From the NCBI RefSeq assembly GCF_009914755.1, contig NC_060946.1: 64,000 nt of DNA, one strand, 5' to 3'. Shown piece after piece: positions 1-23,036 of this stretch. This DNA is from the human T2T-CHM13v2.0 reference genome, Homo sapiens. The translations under genes and the position numbers were made by a program. The first letter of the stretch is position 1, and every line of letters begins with the position of its first letter. Under the pieces are notes generated by a model. That model searched no databases, had not been told where the DNA came from, and saw only the letters and a list, made by a program, of their open reading frames with translations.

Positions 1-425
1 TTTGTTTAGCATGATTTCTTCTTGTTTAATTACCTTGTCATCTAGGGAGTTCTCAGCTACTTTTTAAAAATATCCTCTTTATTATTTTTCTCCTATACTG
101 TTTTTCTAAGACTCCTTTTATAAATACAGTGGTCCACTTGGTGGTGTGCTGTAAGTCCCAATTTTCATTTTTTCTCTATTCTGTTTAAAAAATTTGTTTT
201 CATGAATCAGTATTTATAAGTGCAATGTTATCAACTGTCTAATTTTTTCTGCTTTATTAAATCCACTTTTGTGACTGCTGATTAAATTTTTAATATAGTT
301 ACTGTGTTCTTCAGAGTCACAATTTTTCTTGGTTTTTAAAAATCTTTTTATTGATATCTCGTTTTCTTCATGCATCACTTCTAATATTCTTTTGTTGTCT
401 ATGTTCTGTTTTTGTTCATTAAGCA
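1..425 (-). mobile_element. Old, degenerate L1 (L1M-type) fragment
   Basis: T-rich sequence with antisense-L1-like texture and no ORF; resemblance only. Confidence 0.35.
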
Positions 426-426
426 C

Positions 427-3190
<2,764 letters not shown>

Positions 3191-4477
3191 CCTGGGGTCG
3201 TGGTGAGATTCTCCCTTGGATGCCCCTGTTCTACAGTAAAGGAAATATCTTTGGAATGTAAAAAGAGAGAAAATAATAGGCATCACCCCAATAGGCAATA
3301 ATGAACAAATAACAAAGATGAGAGGTGCAAAGGCCAAGGAGGAAACTTTAAAAATGTGATGTGGGAAGTTCACTTCAATGAAATTGGTTCTGGAAAATCC
3401 TAGATTTACTTCTTTTGCTGCCACAGATGGACATTTCCTACCCTATGCTTATTATGCTCCTAAATCTTCTAAGGCTCCTCCTGTCCCTCCACTAACATTC
3501 CAGGGCATTCACAGTGACAGCCGAAGTTCTCCTCTTCTTTCTGTTATTCCCTTGAAGGCCTTGTGGTCTGAGTGCTTTTCCATTGTTTTGGGGGATCTGG
3601 GGAAATCTGCACATTTTGCGAGACTTCTATATTAAGCTATTTTGTAAAAATCTGTTCCTCATGTCAGAAGTTTGTGAGAGTAAAAGTGCAGGCATTGGGG
3701 TTTGGTTCACATATTTCAGAAACACCAAGGACAAATGTTTCTGCTTCATAATTTTCAGTCCTATGATTTCAAATGTGATCCTGCAAAAAAATCGGAAAAA
3801 CTTTTATCAGAGCCCAAAACACCTCAGCACATATGATATAGTGAAGCTTCTATTTCACTTTATTCTTTTTTTCATCTCTGGTAATGTAGGTCAAAAAGTT
3901 TTCTTTTCCTTGGTAGAAATTAACTTAAAAACGTGAACTCTCTATGCCAAGCACCTCACCTGTGGAATAGTTTATTGTATCTACTCACCTCAAAGAATTT
4001 TTAAAGACCTTAATGCCATAGAAAAACTTAGAAACCTGCCAAGAATAGAATAAATTCTTAATTGTTACATTATTTCTTATTGAGTTATTTTATTATTTAA
4101 TCTTATATAAAGCTTAGTGGGACTGTGATCTGCACGTTTTCACTTTTTGATTTTTATGTATCCCAAATTAGCCTATAATTTTAGCTTCAGGGATTTCAGA
4201 ATAGCATACTTGAATTTATGTGTTATATAAAAAGTGAATTACTTAGTATGCACCTCACATTAATAAAATTTCAGTTTGTGTGTCTAAGTTTACTGCATAG
4301 AAAAACTTATCATTAGTGTTTCTATTAACTTTCCTCAACATTATCTGAATGATAGTATAATTTATTTCTCATTGCTTATTATGTAGTAGTGTTTCATTGC
4401 ATATTTTTCAATATTCATGTTGTTCCCATATTTAAAAATATAAAGCTTTTCTTTACTTAAAAAAAAAACAAATTATA

Positions 4478-4760
4478 GGCCAGTGCGGTGGCTCACGCTT
4501 GTAATCCCAGTACTTTAAGAGGCTGAGGTGGGTGGATCACAATGTCAGGGGTTCAAGACCAGCCTGGCCAACATGGTGAAACCCCGTCTCCACAAAAACC
4601 ACAGAAAGAATGAGCAGGGCATGGGGGCGGGTGTCTATAATCCCAGCTACTCGGGAGGCTGGGGCAGAGAATTGCTTCAGCCTGGTAGGTGGAGGATGCA
4701 GTGAGCCGAGGTCTCGCCACTACACTCCAGCCTGGGTAACAGAGCGAGACTCTGTTCTCT
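4478..4760 (+). mobile_element. Alu (AluS-like), A-tail missing
   Basis: ggccagtgcggtggctcacgcttgtaatcccag...cactccagcctgggtaacagagcgagactc; dimeric Alu structure. Confidence 0.93.
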
Positions 4761-5371
4761 AATATCATTGAAATCTTCATTAAAATTTTCTTCTAAATGT
4801 TCTTTATAGAAGATTATAATGCATTTGTTGTGAAATTTTGTTACTCTAACCATATGCTAATAATTCAAAATCTGTTCTTTATGGGTGTCCAGTTATGGTT
4901 GAATATTTCAGTTATCTAGAAAGAGTCTTCTTCAGTTGCATGATTTGTTTATTCAGTATTTCACAGGTTAATGTTTATCCAATTTTGTTTTGTAATATTT
5001 TATATTCCTGTATTTTCCTGTTAGGATAGGCTGTCTTACATCATTTAATTGTGTTTTTAGTTTCTGCTTATATGTTATAATTTTTTATGACTATATTTAA
5101 CTGTGTACACTTTAAAAGAGTGTAGAAAAAAAGTCAAATATGAATCAACCATATGTGTATTGCAAACATAATTCTCTGTTCGTTTGACTGTATAAACATT
5201 ACTCATGCTTTATTTATGACTTCTGTATTTATTTAATTAGTTGGTGGTCAATTATTTTTTTAATCCTCTCTGGGTGAGTAGTTGTGGAAATTGCCCTAAT
5301 TTCCACATCTATGTATTAATGAATCTATATTACGTTTGCGTGAGGAAAACACCTCTGTGATGCGAGGGTAA

Positions 5372-5828
5372 TTTTTTTTTTTTTTTTTTTTTTTGACCAC
5401 AGAAGTTTTTATTGCCCTCCTGCTCCGCAAAGGGACCTTGCTTCTGCTGGTTTAGCACCTCAAGACGTCTGTGATGTTGGTCTCAGACACCACTTTGCCG
5501 TCCACTATCCTGTGGGTGTTGGTCTTTTGGATGCTTTACAGGTATTTGCTGCTGTCCAGAATACCACCAAGATTGAAGTCCTCCCCATCTTCTAACAGGC
5601 GGCAGTAGGTGGCAATCTCTGTGAAATGGGACACAGAGATCCAGGAGCCCCAGACCCCACGCCTGCATAGAAGCTCGCCGCGCTGCTGACCTGCTGAGCA
5701 CTTTAGCTGGGCGACTGGACAGATCCCAGGGACAGGTAGTAGTTGATGGAGAAGGTGCGGAGCAAGTGGTGAAGCTCGCTGTGCACGGGGAGGAAAGCGA
5801 GAGGACAGGACTCAGGTTTTGCCGAGGT
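5372..5828 (-). pseudogene. KRT18: Processed KRT18 pseudogene with a large internal deletion
   Basis: The minus strand reads as the KRT18 5'UTR (cctgagtcctgtcc) and head-domain codons (SFTT...VSSAASFYAG, ATG lost) fused at ~5620 to EIATYCRLLEDGEDFNLG...IQKT..RIVDGKVVSETN..VLR*. AATAAA is at 5408-5413 and a 23-nt poly(A) at 5372-5394. Confidence 0.93.
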
Positions 5829-5899
5829 CCTGAAGATAATTATTGAAATGCATTAAAACGGTATCTCACTTAGATATTATTATTGTTTACATTGTTATA

Positions 5900-6789
5900 A
5901 GAAACATATAAAATTGACAATTATTTACAATTTTACAATAATTTACAATGACAATAATTATATAGTTTAGACTTTTCAGCACATTGACATTATTCGACGT
6001 ATCTCTAGAACATTTTTATCTTACAAAACTAAAACTCAATACACCTGAAACAACTGCCTGTCTTCTCCTTTGTTCAGCCCTTTACAAATGCTATCTTATT
6101 CTCTGTTTCTAAGGATGTTACTACTTTAGATATTTTATACATGTGGATACACTCAGTATCTGTCTTGTAGCTGGCTTTTTTTATTTAGCATAATGTCATC
6201 AAGATTTTATTTTTATTATAGATAAAAGGTTTTCTGCTTTTCAAAAGCTGGGTAATATTCTATTGTTTTTATATTCCAAATTGTACCCATTCATTTGTTT
6301 GTTGAGGGAAGTATGGATTGCTTTAACCTATTGATTTTTGTAAGTAAAGCTACAATAAATATGTGAGCGTTTACATCTTTTTTGCACTCGGTTTTATTAG
6401 TCTATTTGTCTGTCTTTATGCCAGTAACAAACTACTTAGATTACTGTAGATTTGTAACAGGTTTTGAAAACAGGAATTGTAATGTTTCCAAAATTTTTCT
6501 CTTTTTGAAAACTGTAGAGTTCTTTGTGGTCTCCTGAAATTCCATATACTTTTGGGAGTCACATTTTCTGTATCTGTCAAAAATAAAATTAAGAATTTTA
6601 TAGGGATTGTATTAAATCTGTAGGTCACTTTTGGCATTATAGACATGTTCAAAATATTAAGTTTTCTAACTCTTGAACAAAAGCATGTTCAAGAGTAAAT
6701 TGCTTAATTTTTACATATTTGTGAATTGTATGAATTTTCTTATGTTATCGATTGCTAGTTTTAATCCTTTTTGGTCAGAAATTATAGTA
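5900..6789 (-). mobile_element. Old L1 (L1M) ORF2/3' fragments
   Basis: ORF 6416-6652 (MSIMPKVTYRFNTIPIK) resembles the L1 ORF2 segment [17 protein letters not shown]; highly diverged. Confidence 0.7.
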
Positions 6790-6806
6790 TGTAACATTCA
6801 ATTTTT

Positions 6807-12390
<5,584 letters not shown>

Positions 12391-12974
12391 TGTAACATTC
12401 AATTTTTCAAAAATTCTGTTCAGAATTGTTTTTTGGCTTCATAGTTATTTTTAGGAGAATGTTTCATGAGCTTTTGAGAAGATTGTGAGTTTTGTTTTTG
12501 TGTAGAGTGTTCTGTATGCATCTGTTATATCTAATTGCTTTACAGTATTTTCATGTCGTCTGTTTACTTTTTAATATTCTATCTGGCTTTTTTATTAATT
12601 ACAGAACTGGTGTATTAAAATATTATACTTTTAATATATTGCCGTTTTTGCTTATGTTCTGTCAAGATATTATTGATATATTTAAAAATACTCATGTAAG
12701 GTGCATACATATTTGTGTGTATACATAATTAGATATATACACACAATTATATAAATGTGTATAATTGTCATAGGTTTCCAGTGAATAAACCCTTTTATTA
12801 TTTTGTCCTTTGTTTTTCTGACAATTTGATTTCATAATATATTTTATAAACTAAGACAGTTATTTAAAAAGCATTTTGCATACTATAATTGTGACATTGT
12901 CCTCATTTGGTTATGATTTGCATAATTTTTTGGATGCACCTTGCCACATTTAGTCTTTTTTTGTTACTATAGTG

Positions 12975-13105
12975 TAAGATGGCTCATATCTGTCATCCTA
13001 GCATTTTAGGAGATTGAGGTGGGAGGATCACGTGAAACCAGGAGTTTGAGACCAGCCTGGGAAACAAAGCAATACCAAGTCTCTAAAATAAATAAATAAA
13101 TAAAT
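12975..13105 (+). mobile_element. Alu monomer (FLAM/AluJ-like) with (TAAA)n tail
   Basis: ggctcatatctgtcatcctagc...gaggtgggaggatcac...ggagtttgagaccagcctggg followed by taaataaata. Confidence 0.8.
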
Positions 13106-13249
13106 TGAGTCCCTTTAGACAGATGTAGTTAGATTTTCTTTCTTTTTTTTTTTTAATTCCTATACTCAATTTATGACTTTTGGTTGAGAAGTTTAGTTTG
13201 TGAGTAGTTACATAATTTTCTGCATTTGAAGGAATTACTTTTGACACTT

Positions 13250-13770
13250 TGTGGAGTAAAATTTAAATATTAAATTTGAACTCAATTGAATCTGGACTCA
13301 AACAATGGTCACCAAGTCCTGGAACAGGTTGTGTGAGCCCCTTGAGGCTTTCATCCAGCGCTGTTTCGGATAAATCTCTATTTCAATTTATTCCTATATG
13401 TTAGTTACTGAAAAACAACAGACAATCACAAAAAACAAGTTGACCTTTTTCTTTTCCTTGAGCCCAGAAATGAAGGGCCCTCCTGACTGGACGTCATGCC
13501 AGATAACTCATTACAAAAAGAGCTAGGGTTCCAGACTGTGCCAAAACTTCATGAGATCTCTTCTCATCTGTTCACGGACAAGTGGCCAACTCTGGAGCCC
13601 AGTCTGTTGCTTCGCAGTCTGGTGGTGAATCCTCCATAGTCTGATGAGTGTAAATATATATATCTCTTTTCCCTTCTCTCCGTCCCATTGCAACTTGCTT
13701 ATTATATCATTTGCTTATTATATCTGCATTGCCATTTATGTGGGATACAGTTTGTTTACCCTTAAAGGTA

Positions 13771-13802
<32 letters not shown>

Positions 13803-13837
13803 TTCCTTCTCTCCTTGAGCATTTCCTGTGCAGAACA
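13250..13837 (+). mobile_element. 5' LTR of a class III ERV (LTR18-like), containing (TG)n at ~13772-13799
   Basis: TG...CA termini; directly followed by a PBS and retroviral internal sequence. Confidence 0.75.
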
Positions 13838-15561
13838 TTTTTGGCTTCACGAACAGGATCCGAAAGCAAAAGCATGCCATTTTTTGGTGCAGGGACCAGA
13901 CTGGGAGCTCAGGGACTTTCCATATCTTCAGATGGGAACTCCCCTAGTTCTTCCCCTTGGCCATTCAGTGGTCCAAGGGAGCTGGCGTTTGTGAAAATAG
14001 GCAATCTAAGTTAGTGCATTTTGAATCATTGGCTGTGTGTGAGGAGGTGCAGGGAATCCCAGTTGGTAAATGGGATGCTGAGGGAATTTCCCGGCATGGA
14101 TGGTGCTTGCTTACTGCTTATAAGTTAATGTGTCAAGATAGGAATCAGCTGCTACAACAGAAATGTAAGCCAGAAAAGAAAATGCTAATCAGACTTCCAG
14201 GCTGGCCCTGGCCCATGGCCAGGCCTATGTCTTGACTGATCAGCCTCAAAGTTATCAGCCTATTGCTGAAAAAAGCAGCTTCCTGAGTGGCCCAGTCAGG
14301 GTAAAACTGAAGAACTAGTCAGCTGGGGCTTGGATCCGGTAAAAACCCAAATCCTATCTCAAGGATGGGAAGTTAACCCTAGTAAAATTCAAGGACCTGC
14401 ACAAACTGTAAAGTTCCTTGGCATCCTATGGAATGCAGGGAAACAGTCCATTTTACCAAAGGCTAAGGCTAAAATACTAGAATTTGCAGCCCTACCACTG
14501 AAAAGGAGGTCCAAAATTGTATTGGTTTGTTTGGATTCTGGAGACATCATATTCCCCACTTGGGTAACATTTTACAACCTCTGCATGCGGTCACTAGAAA
14601 ACGCTATGACTTTCACTGAAGACAGAAAGTGAGCGTGGCTTTTCAACCAGCCAAACAAGCAGAGCAACAGTATGGCCCTTACAGGATGGGCCAGTAGAAC
14701 TGCAAGTAACTGTCCTAGATCAACACGCTCATTGGGGCCTTAGGTAGAAACAAGATGGGAAGAGATACCTTTGGGGTTTTAGACCCAGAAGCTGTCAGAG
14801 GCTAGCAAAGCTTATACTCTTTGAGAAGCAGCTGTTGACCTGCTACTGGGCTTTACAGGAAACAGAACACCTTTGTCTTAATCATGATGTTTTTATGAGG
14901 CCCCAAATTCCTAATATGACTTGGGTCATGAGCTCCCTCAAACCTCATTGGATAGGGTACACTCAAGAAAGTAAATGGAAATGGCACATACAAGACCAGG
15001 CTAAGCCGGAACCAAAACAGGTATCATTTTTAAATGAGGATGTGCAAAACTTGCCAGCTCAGCAAACCACTGAGCAAGTCCTGCAGATAGGGAAGGAAAC
15101 CTCCCCTGCCCAATGGGGCAAATCCTTTAAAGAACCAAGCCCAGACGATCAGAGACATGCTTGGTTTGCTGATGATTCCACCAAATATATTGATGGGACC
15201 CGATGCTGGGAGGCCGTGTCTTATAATCCTGTTAAAAACATAAGCATTTCTGAGGAAGGGAGGGGTGTTAGCAGCCAGCTGGCTGAACTAGAATCTGTTC
15301 TCTGAACTATTCAGGAGGAGGCCAGAGGGATTTGTTACTTGTATACCTACTCTTGCTTAGCAGAAAATGGTCTTACTACCTAGTTGCCCGAATGACAATG
15401 AAACAAATGGTGAATTACGAATAAAGAGGTTTGGAGAAAACAATACTAGGAAGATATCTGAATCCTGGTGCACACTACCATTATTGCTGTTTTCCAGATT
15501 GATGCTCATGCATCTCTGCTTTCTCTTGACAGACTATTCCATCAGCAGGTAGATCAACAGG
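13838..15561 (+). mobile_element. HERV-S/HERVL18-like internal region, heavily deleted; pol (RT C-terminus and RNase H) remnants
   Basis: GWEVNPSKIQGPAQTVKFLG is a class III ERV RT motif (14330-14632). AWFADDS...EGRGVSSQLAELESV is RNase H-like (14835-15305). It has stops and frameshifts and no 3' LTR. Confidence 0.85.
13842..13859 (+). promoter_or_regulatory. Retroviral primer-binding site complementary to tRNA-Ser(CGA)
   Basis: tggcttcacgaacaggat matches TGGCGTCACGAACAGGAT (reverse complement of the recalled tRNA-Ser-CGA 3' end) at 17/18 positions, 4 nt after the LTR's terminal CA. Confidence 0.85.
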
Positions 15562-18169
15562 TGTGAGATTCGGAACCTTAACATTGGGCTGTGTTCATGT
15601 GAAAAGATGACAATTTTTGCTCTTGGCTCAGTGTACATATGAGTATCACAATCTCACCTTTGTTCTGGGCCCTAGCAGGACACTCTCTTCACCATATGAA
15701 GCCTTTATAGAGTATGCATGAGTGTAACAATTCTCTCTGAAACCTTAAGCAGGCACGGACCCCTCCTTGTACCTTTAGCTTTAAGCCCTGGTATGACAGT
15801 CAACATCTTTCTACTTGGATGGGTCCAAATAAGAGTTCTTAACTGCCTATGAGCTGCGTTTAAAAATGAGTCACCATCCCACCTGTGGCTGGATGTTCAC
15901 ATATGAAAGTCAGAATCCCAGTTGTGGACTATGTCTGCATGTGTAATTCAGGACCTCAAGAGTGGGCTCTCTCCACATGTGATAGAGACCATCCTGAATA
16001 TTGGTGTGGTGTGCATCTGAGAAGTATAATCTCACCAGTGTGGCGAGCCCTGTGGTGACAATTTCTCTACCATAGTTTACACAATATGCAAGACAGTGGT
16101 ACTCCTCCGTGTGACGTATCACTGGGTCTTGCACACAGGTAATGTGAGTCTCCTCTCCTGCCTTGGAATGCTCACAGGAGGCATTGGGACATACCACTGA
16201 ACCTGATATTCAGGTTATGTGCCTGTCTTTCCTGTGCTCTGTCCATGGGCGTTTGTGACATATTTCTGGGTCCAAAACACAGGCGACATAGCTCTCCTGT
16301 CTGGATCCTGCCTAGAGAGGGCATGGTGGCGTATCCCTGCACCAGCCACCAGATGATGTAACTCTATCTTCTGTCTAGTCCCTGCTTATAGGGTGAATTG
16401 TGACTTATCGCTAGGCGCAGCATTTAGCTAATATGACTCTTCCCTTTTTTCAGGTTCTGCCCACGGGGAAGATTGTGACATATCGATGGGTAAAACACCA
16501 AATGATTTTACTCTTTTGTCTTTGCTCTGTCCTTAGAAGGCATTGGGACATATTGCTGAACAAGCACCAAGGTAATGTAAGGGTCCTACCTGAACCCTGC
16601 CCACAGGGAGCATAGTGACATATCTCTGAGCCCATGAACTATTTGATGTGGCTCTATTCTCTTACCTGGACTTTGCCCATGAGAAAGACTGTGACGTATT
16701 TCTTGGTCCAGTGCTTAGGTAATGTGATTCTCCTCTCCAGCCTGAGACATGCCCACAGAAGTAAGAGTGACATCTCTGGGCCTAGCCCACAGGTGATGTG
16801 ACTCTTATCCCTTCTTTCTGCCCAGGGGAGTCATTGTGATGTATCTCTGAGACCATTATTAGAATGATGTGACTCTCCTGTTCTTACTGCGACCTGTCCA
16901 CAGTGGGGATGATGATGTATCACTTAGGCCAGCACATATGTGGTGAGATTCTTCTCATGCCTGTGACCTGCCCCCTGGGCTAATTGTGACATATAACTGG
17001 GCCCCTCCCCTAGGTTATGCAACATATCCCTGTGATAACACTCTTTGTACCATTTAAGGGCTTTATATAATATAAGAGAGAGTGGTATTCCTCTAAGACC
17101 CTCATACAAAGAGAAGATTTAGGACCTACCGATTTTCCAAAGCCTCACTAGGAAAAACAGCATTTCTCTTAGTGGCAGGTTTGAGGTATGAGAGTCATTA
17201 TTACACCTGTGAGCTGGCCAAGATATATGTTTCAATCTCTCCTGTGGGTAGGGAGTGAGCAGGAGAGTCGCATCACCTGGATGCTTGGCCAGAGATCTGT
17301 CAATATCTCCCCTGATGGCAGGGACCAGGTAGGAGAGTCACATACCTAAGGCTGGGCCAGGGATATGTAACAATCTTTTATGAGGTCGGAGGCTAGGAAG
17401 GGAGTCCCATCACTTGTGTGCTCACCCAGGATATGTTACAATCCCCTCCTGAAATCAGAGTACAAGCAGCAGAGTCAAATCACCTGAATATTGAGCTCAG
17501 TGATATGTCACCACACTCCCTGTGGGTAAAGCCATGGCAGGAGAGACACATCACCTGATTACTGATTACTAGGCCCAGTGATATGTCAGAATCTTTCCTG
17601 TGGGCAAGGTGCAGGCAGAAAGGAGAGTCACATCATCTGGTGATGGAGGCAGAAATATGCTACAAGGCAGAAATATGCTCTGCCTCCCTGTGGGCAGAGT
17701 TCAGGCAGGAGCCCCCAATCTCCTAGGTGTTAAGTTCAGTGATATGTTACAATGCTCCCTGTGGGCAGCACAAGTCGAGAGAATAGAGCCACATCACCTA
17801 CGTTCTAGGTCCAATGATATGTCCCAATTTTATTTGTGAGATGGGCTTAAACAGGAGAGTCTACTCACTCAGGTGCTGGACAAATGTGTATGTTTGTCAC
17901 AATGACACCTGCAGGAAGTTCTAGACATGGGATGAATCCCGCACATATTCTGGTTTTAGGCATGAGAGTGAACACCTTCTGTAAGTTCGATCTAAGTACA
18001 CAAGTCACTATCTCAATAGTGGACTAAATTTGTGCATGGCAGCCCCATTTTCTCTTGCAGACTTTCTCCCCTAATTGAAATCACGGCTTCACAGGTGTGC
18101 CGACTCATGATATGAGAGTCATCAACATATCTGTGACTCTCACATATGAGAGTCAGTTTTTCAACTTTT

Positions 18170-19281
<1,112 letters not shown>

Positions 19282-22201
19282 TCAGTTTTTCAACTTTTGA
19301 AACTGCCTTTGGGTATGGGATTCAGAGCCTCAAAAGTGAACTATGATCATGTGAAAGAATGACAATCTTTAATGTTGGCTGGGTGTGCATCCCAATGTCA
19401 TTATATTACTGTGTGCTGAGCCCTATTAGGAGTTTCTGTGTTGCACCTGAGGGCTTTATATGGTATGCATGACAGTCTCAATTCTTTCAGAGATTTTCAT
19501 GCTGGTATGGACCCAGGATCAAACCTGTGGCCCTAAGCCTATATATGAGTCAACATCTTTACAATTGGCGGGGTCCAGATAAGAGAATCATCACCTTTCT
19601 ATGCGGTGGGTTTATAACGAAGTTCCCATTCCAACTGTGGCCAGATCTTTACATATGAGATTCGCAATTCCAACTATAGACTGCATTCATGTGTGAAATT
19701 CAGGACCCCACAAGTGGGTTCTGTTTATATGTGAGGGTGAAAATCATAATGGCCAGGAGGGTGCAGGGTGCGCATAGGAGTAACAAATTTCACCTGTGTG
19801 CTGGGCCCTGTGATAAGACTCTCTACCACCCGAGGGCTTTCTGTAATATGTGAGAGAGTGGATGATCTTAACGAGGAGACCCAGGGATTTTTTTTTTTCA
19901 TTTCCCTAAGTGTCGGTAGGAGAAGCAGGATCTCTCCTATTGGCTGGTGTGACATATGAAAGTCATCATTGCACCTGTGTGTTGTGTTCCAAGATATAAG
20001 TCACAATTACACCTTCATATAGGAAGAGAGCAGGAGAGTAAAATCAGTTGGACGCTGGGCCAGGGATATGTCGCTTCCCTGAGAACAGGGACCAGGGAAC
20101 AGAGACACATTACCTGAATGCTCAGGCATGGGTATGTAGCAATCCACTCCTTAAATTAGGAACCAGGCAGCAGAGTCACATCACCTGGGTGCTGGATCTA
20201 GCAATATGTTACAATCCTCTCTGTGGTCAGGATGCAGGTAGGAGAGTCACATCTCCTTGGTGATGAATGCAGAAAAACGTCACAAGTTTCTCTGTGCATA
20301 AGGTAGAGGAATAAGCCTTTTATCCCCTAAGTGTTGGGCCCAGGGATATGTCACAATACCCAAAATATGCAAACCCAGGCAAAAGAGAACAGTCACATCA
20401 CCTTGGTGGTAGGGTCACTGATATGTCACAATCCCCTCTTTTGGAAGGGCCCAGATAAGAGTGGAGAGTCACATAGCCTAGGCAATGAATAGAAAGGTAT
20501 GTCATAATACCCCTGTTGGCAAGACCTATGCAGAAGAGTCACATCACCTATGTGTTCAACCCAGATATATGTTACTGTACACCATGTATGCAGGGCCCAG
20601 GCAAGAGAAAAGGCCACATCACCTCGGTTCTGGGCCCAGCAATATATCACAATACCCCCTAAGAGGAGGTAACAGACAGGAGAGTCACATCACCTAGGTC
20701 TGAGGAGCAGAGCTATATGGTAATGCCCTGTGTGTGTGCACCCCAAAATAGAGGAGAGTTACATCACCTGAAGACTGTACCCAGCTATGTCACAATGACC
20801 CCTGTGGGCAGCACCCAGGCATGAGAAGAGAGCACCATCATGTAGGTGCTGTGCCAGGCTGTATTTCACAATCTCCACTATGGATAGGTTTCAGGGAGAA
20901 GAGGACCGTCACATCATCTAGTTGATGAGTCTGGAGATATGTCAAAATGAACCCTCTGAAGAGACCAGGATGCAGAATCACATGATCTGTGTGCTGGGTC
21001 TAGGAATAACCCATTCTCCCTTCTGTAAACATGGCCACGCAGAAGATGAGGGTCACATATTTAAGGTGATGAACGCGGAAATATTTCACAAGTCTCCCTG
21101 TAGGCAAGACCCAGACAGGAGATTCCCTTCCCTCAGTTGTTGGGACCAGAAATACATCACAATGTGGGGCTCAAGCAGAAAAACTAAAGAAACATCACCT
21201 ATTTTCTGAGCTCAGAATTAGTCACAATCTCTCCTATAGGCAAAGCCTTTGTTAAAAAAGAAGAGTTTTATCAAATAGTTGATGGGCTCAGAGATATGTC
21301 CCAATGCCATATGTTACAAATTGCTGTAGGCAGGCTTCAGGCAGGAGATGGGCCTAATAATGTGTCACAGTGCTTTCTGCTTGCAGGGCAAAGTCAACAG
21401 AGTAATGTCACCTCGAAGTTGGACCCACCAATGTATCACAATCTCCTTCCAAACAAATCCTATAAAACAAAAGAAGAGTAACATGAGGTAGGTGCTGGGC
21501 ACAGTGATATGTCACAATCCTTTCTTTAAGCAGGGACTAGGCAGGAGAAGAAAATCACACCACATGGGTGATGGGCTCATAGATATTTCACAATGTCCCC
21601 TTAGGCAAAGCTCAGGAAGGAGAGGTAGATCATCTAGGTTTTGTATGCAACAGTATGTCACAATGGCCATTGTGGCCTGGGCACCGGCAGAAGAGTCACA
21701 TAACATGGATGTGAGACCCAGCAATACATCACAACGCCCCGGTGAGTAGCACTAATGCAAGACAGAAAACTTACATTACCTAGGTGCAAGGCCAAGTGAT
21801 ATGTCCCAATGTCCCCTGTGGGCAGCACCAAGGCAGGAGGTAAGAGTCACATAACCTAGGTGCTGGCTTCAGTGATATATCAGAATCCCATCTGTGAGCT
21901 GGGCACAGGAAACAGAGCTAAAATACTCGGGAGCTGGGCAGAGATGTATGTCACAATCCCACCTGCAGAAAGCGACAGGGATGAGATGAACAACTCCACA
22001 CATGTCCGGATTCCAGGTATGAGAATTTGCATGTTGGGCCTAAGTACACCAGTCTCAATCTCAACAGTGAACTGGATTCATAAATGTGTCTTCTCTGGCT
22101 GACCGTGTCCCCTTAGGAGAGTTACAGTCTCACAGATGTAATGAATTTTGGTTTGAGAGTCACCCACCTACCTGTGGACAAGATCCATATATGAGAGTCA
22201 A

Positions 22202-22219
22202 TTTTCTTTTTTTTCTTTC

Positions 22220-22275
<56 letters not shown>

Positions 22276-22375
22276 TATTTTCTTTTCTTTTCTTTCTCCC
22301 TTTCTTTTCCTTCCTTCCTTCTTTCTTTCTCTTTTTCTTTCTTTCTCTTTTTTTCTTTCTTTCTTTCTTTCTTTT

Positions 22376-22406
<31 letters not shown>

Positions 22407-22434
22407 TTTGCTTTCTTTTTTTTTTTTTTCTCCC
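22202..22434. repeat. (TTTC)n/CT-rich microsatellite derived from an Alu tail
   Basis: Near-pure pyrimidine tract abutting the 3' end of a minus-strand Alu. Confidence 0.95.
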
Positions 22435-23036
22435 TTGAGATGGAGTCTCACTCTATTGCCAGGCTGGAGTGCAGTGGGACGATCTCGGTTCTCTGCAACC
22501 TCTGCCTCCTGGGTTCAAGCGACTCTCCTGCCTCAGCTTCCTGAGTAGCTGGGATTGCAGGTACATGCCACCATGCCCAGCTAATTTTTGTATTTTTAGT
22601 AGAGATGGGGTTGCCAGGCACAGTGTTCCATGCCCGTAATCCCAGAACTTTGAGAGGTCGAAGTGGGTGGATCACTTGAAGTCAGGAGTTTGACACCAGT
22701 CTAATCAATATGGTGAAACCCCGTCTCTACGAAAAATAGAAAAATTAACTGGGCATGGTGACATGAGCCTGTAGTCCCAGCTACTCGGGAAGCTGAGACA
22801 AGAGAATTGTTTGAACCTGGGAGGCGGAGGTTACAGTAAGACTAGATGGTGCCACTGCACTCCAGTCTGGGTGACAGAGCAAGATTCTGTCTCAAAATAA
22901 TAATAATAAATAAATAGTAGAGAGGCGGGGTTTCACCACGTTGGCCAGGATGGTCTTGATCTCCTGACCTCGTGATCCACCCGCCTCGGCCTCCCAAAGT
23001 GCTGCGATTACAGGCCTGATCCACCGCACCCGGCCG
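22435..23036 (-). mobile_element. Minus-strand AluS interrupted by a plus-strand AluS (~22613-22914)
   Basis: The outer halves are 22435-22612 and 22915-23036. The inner Alu has an (AAT)n tail, and tagtagag...ggggtt is imperfectly duplicated on both sides of it. Confidence 0.9.

Noticed and set aside
22086-22544. 152-aa F/L/S-rich membrane-protein-like ORF
   Set aside because: Translation of (TTTC)n plus Alu.
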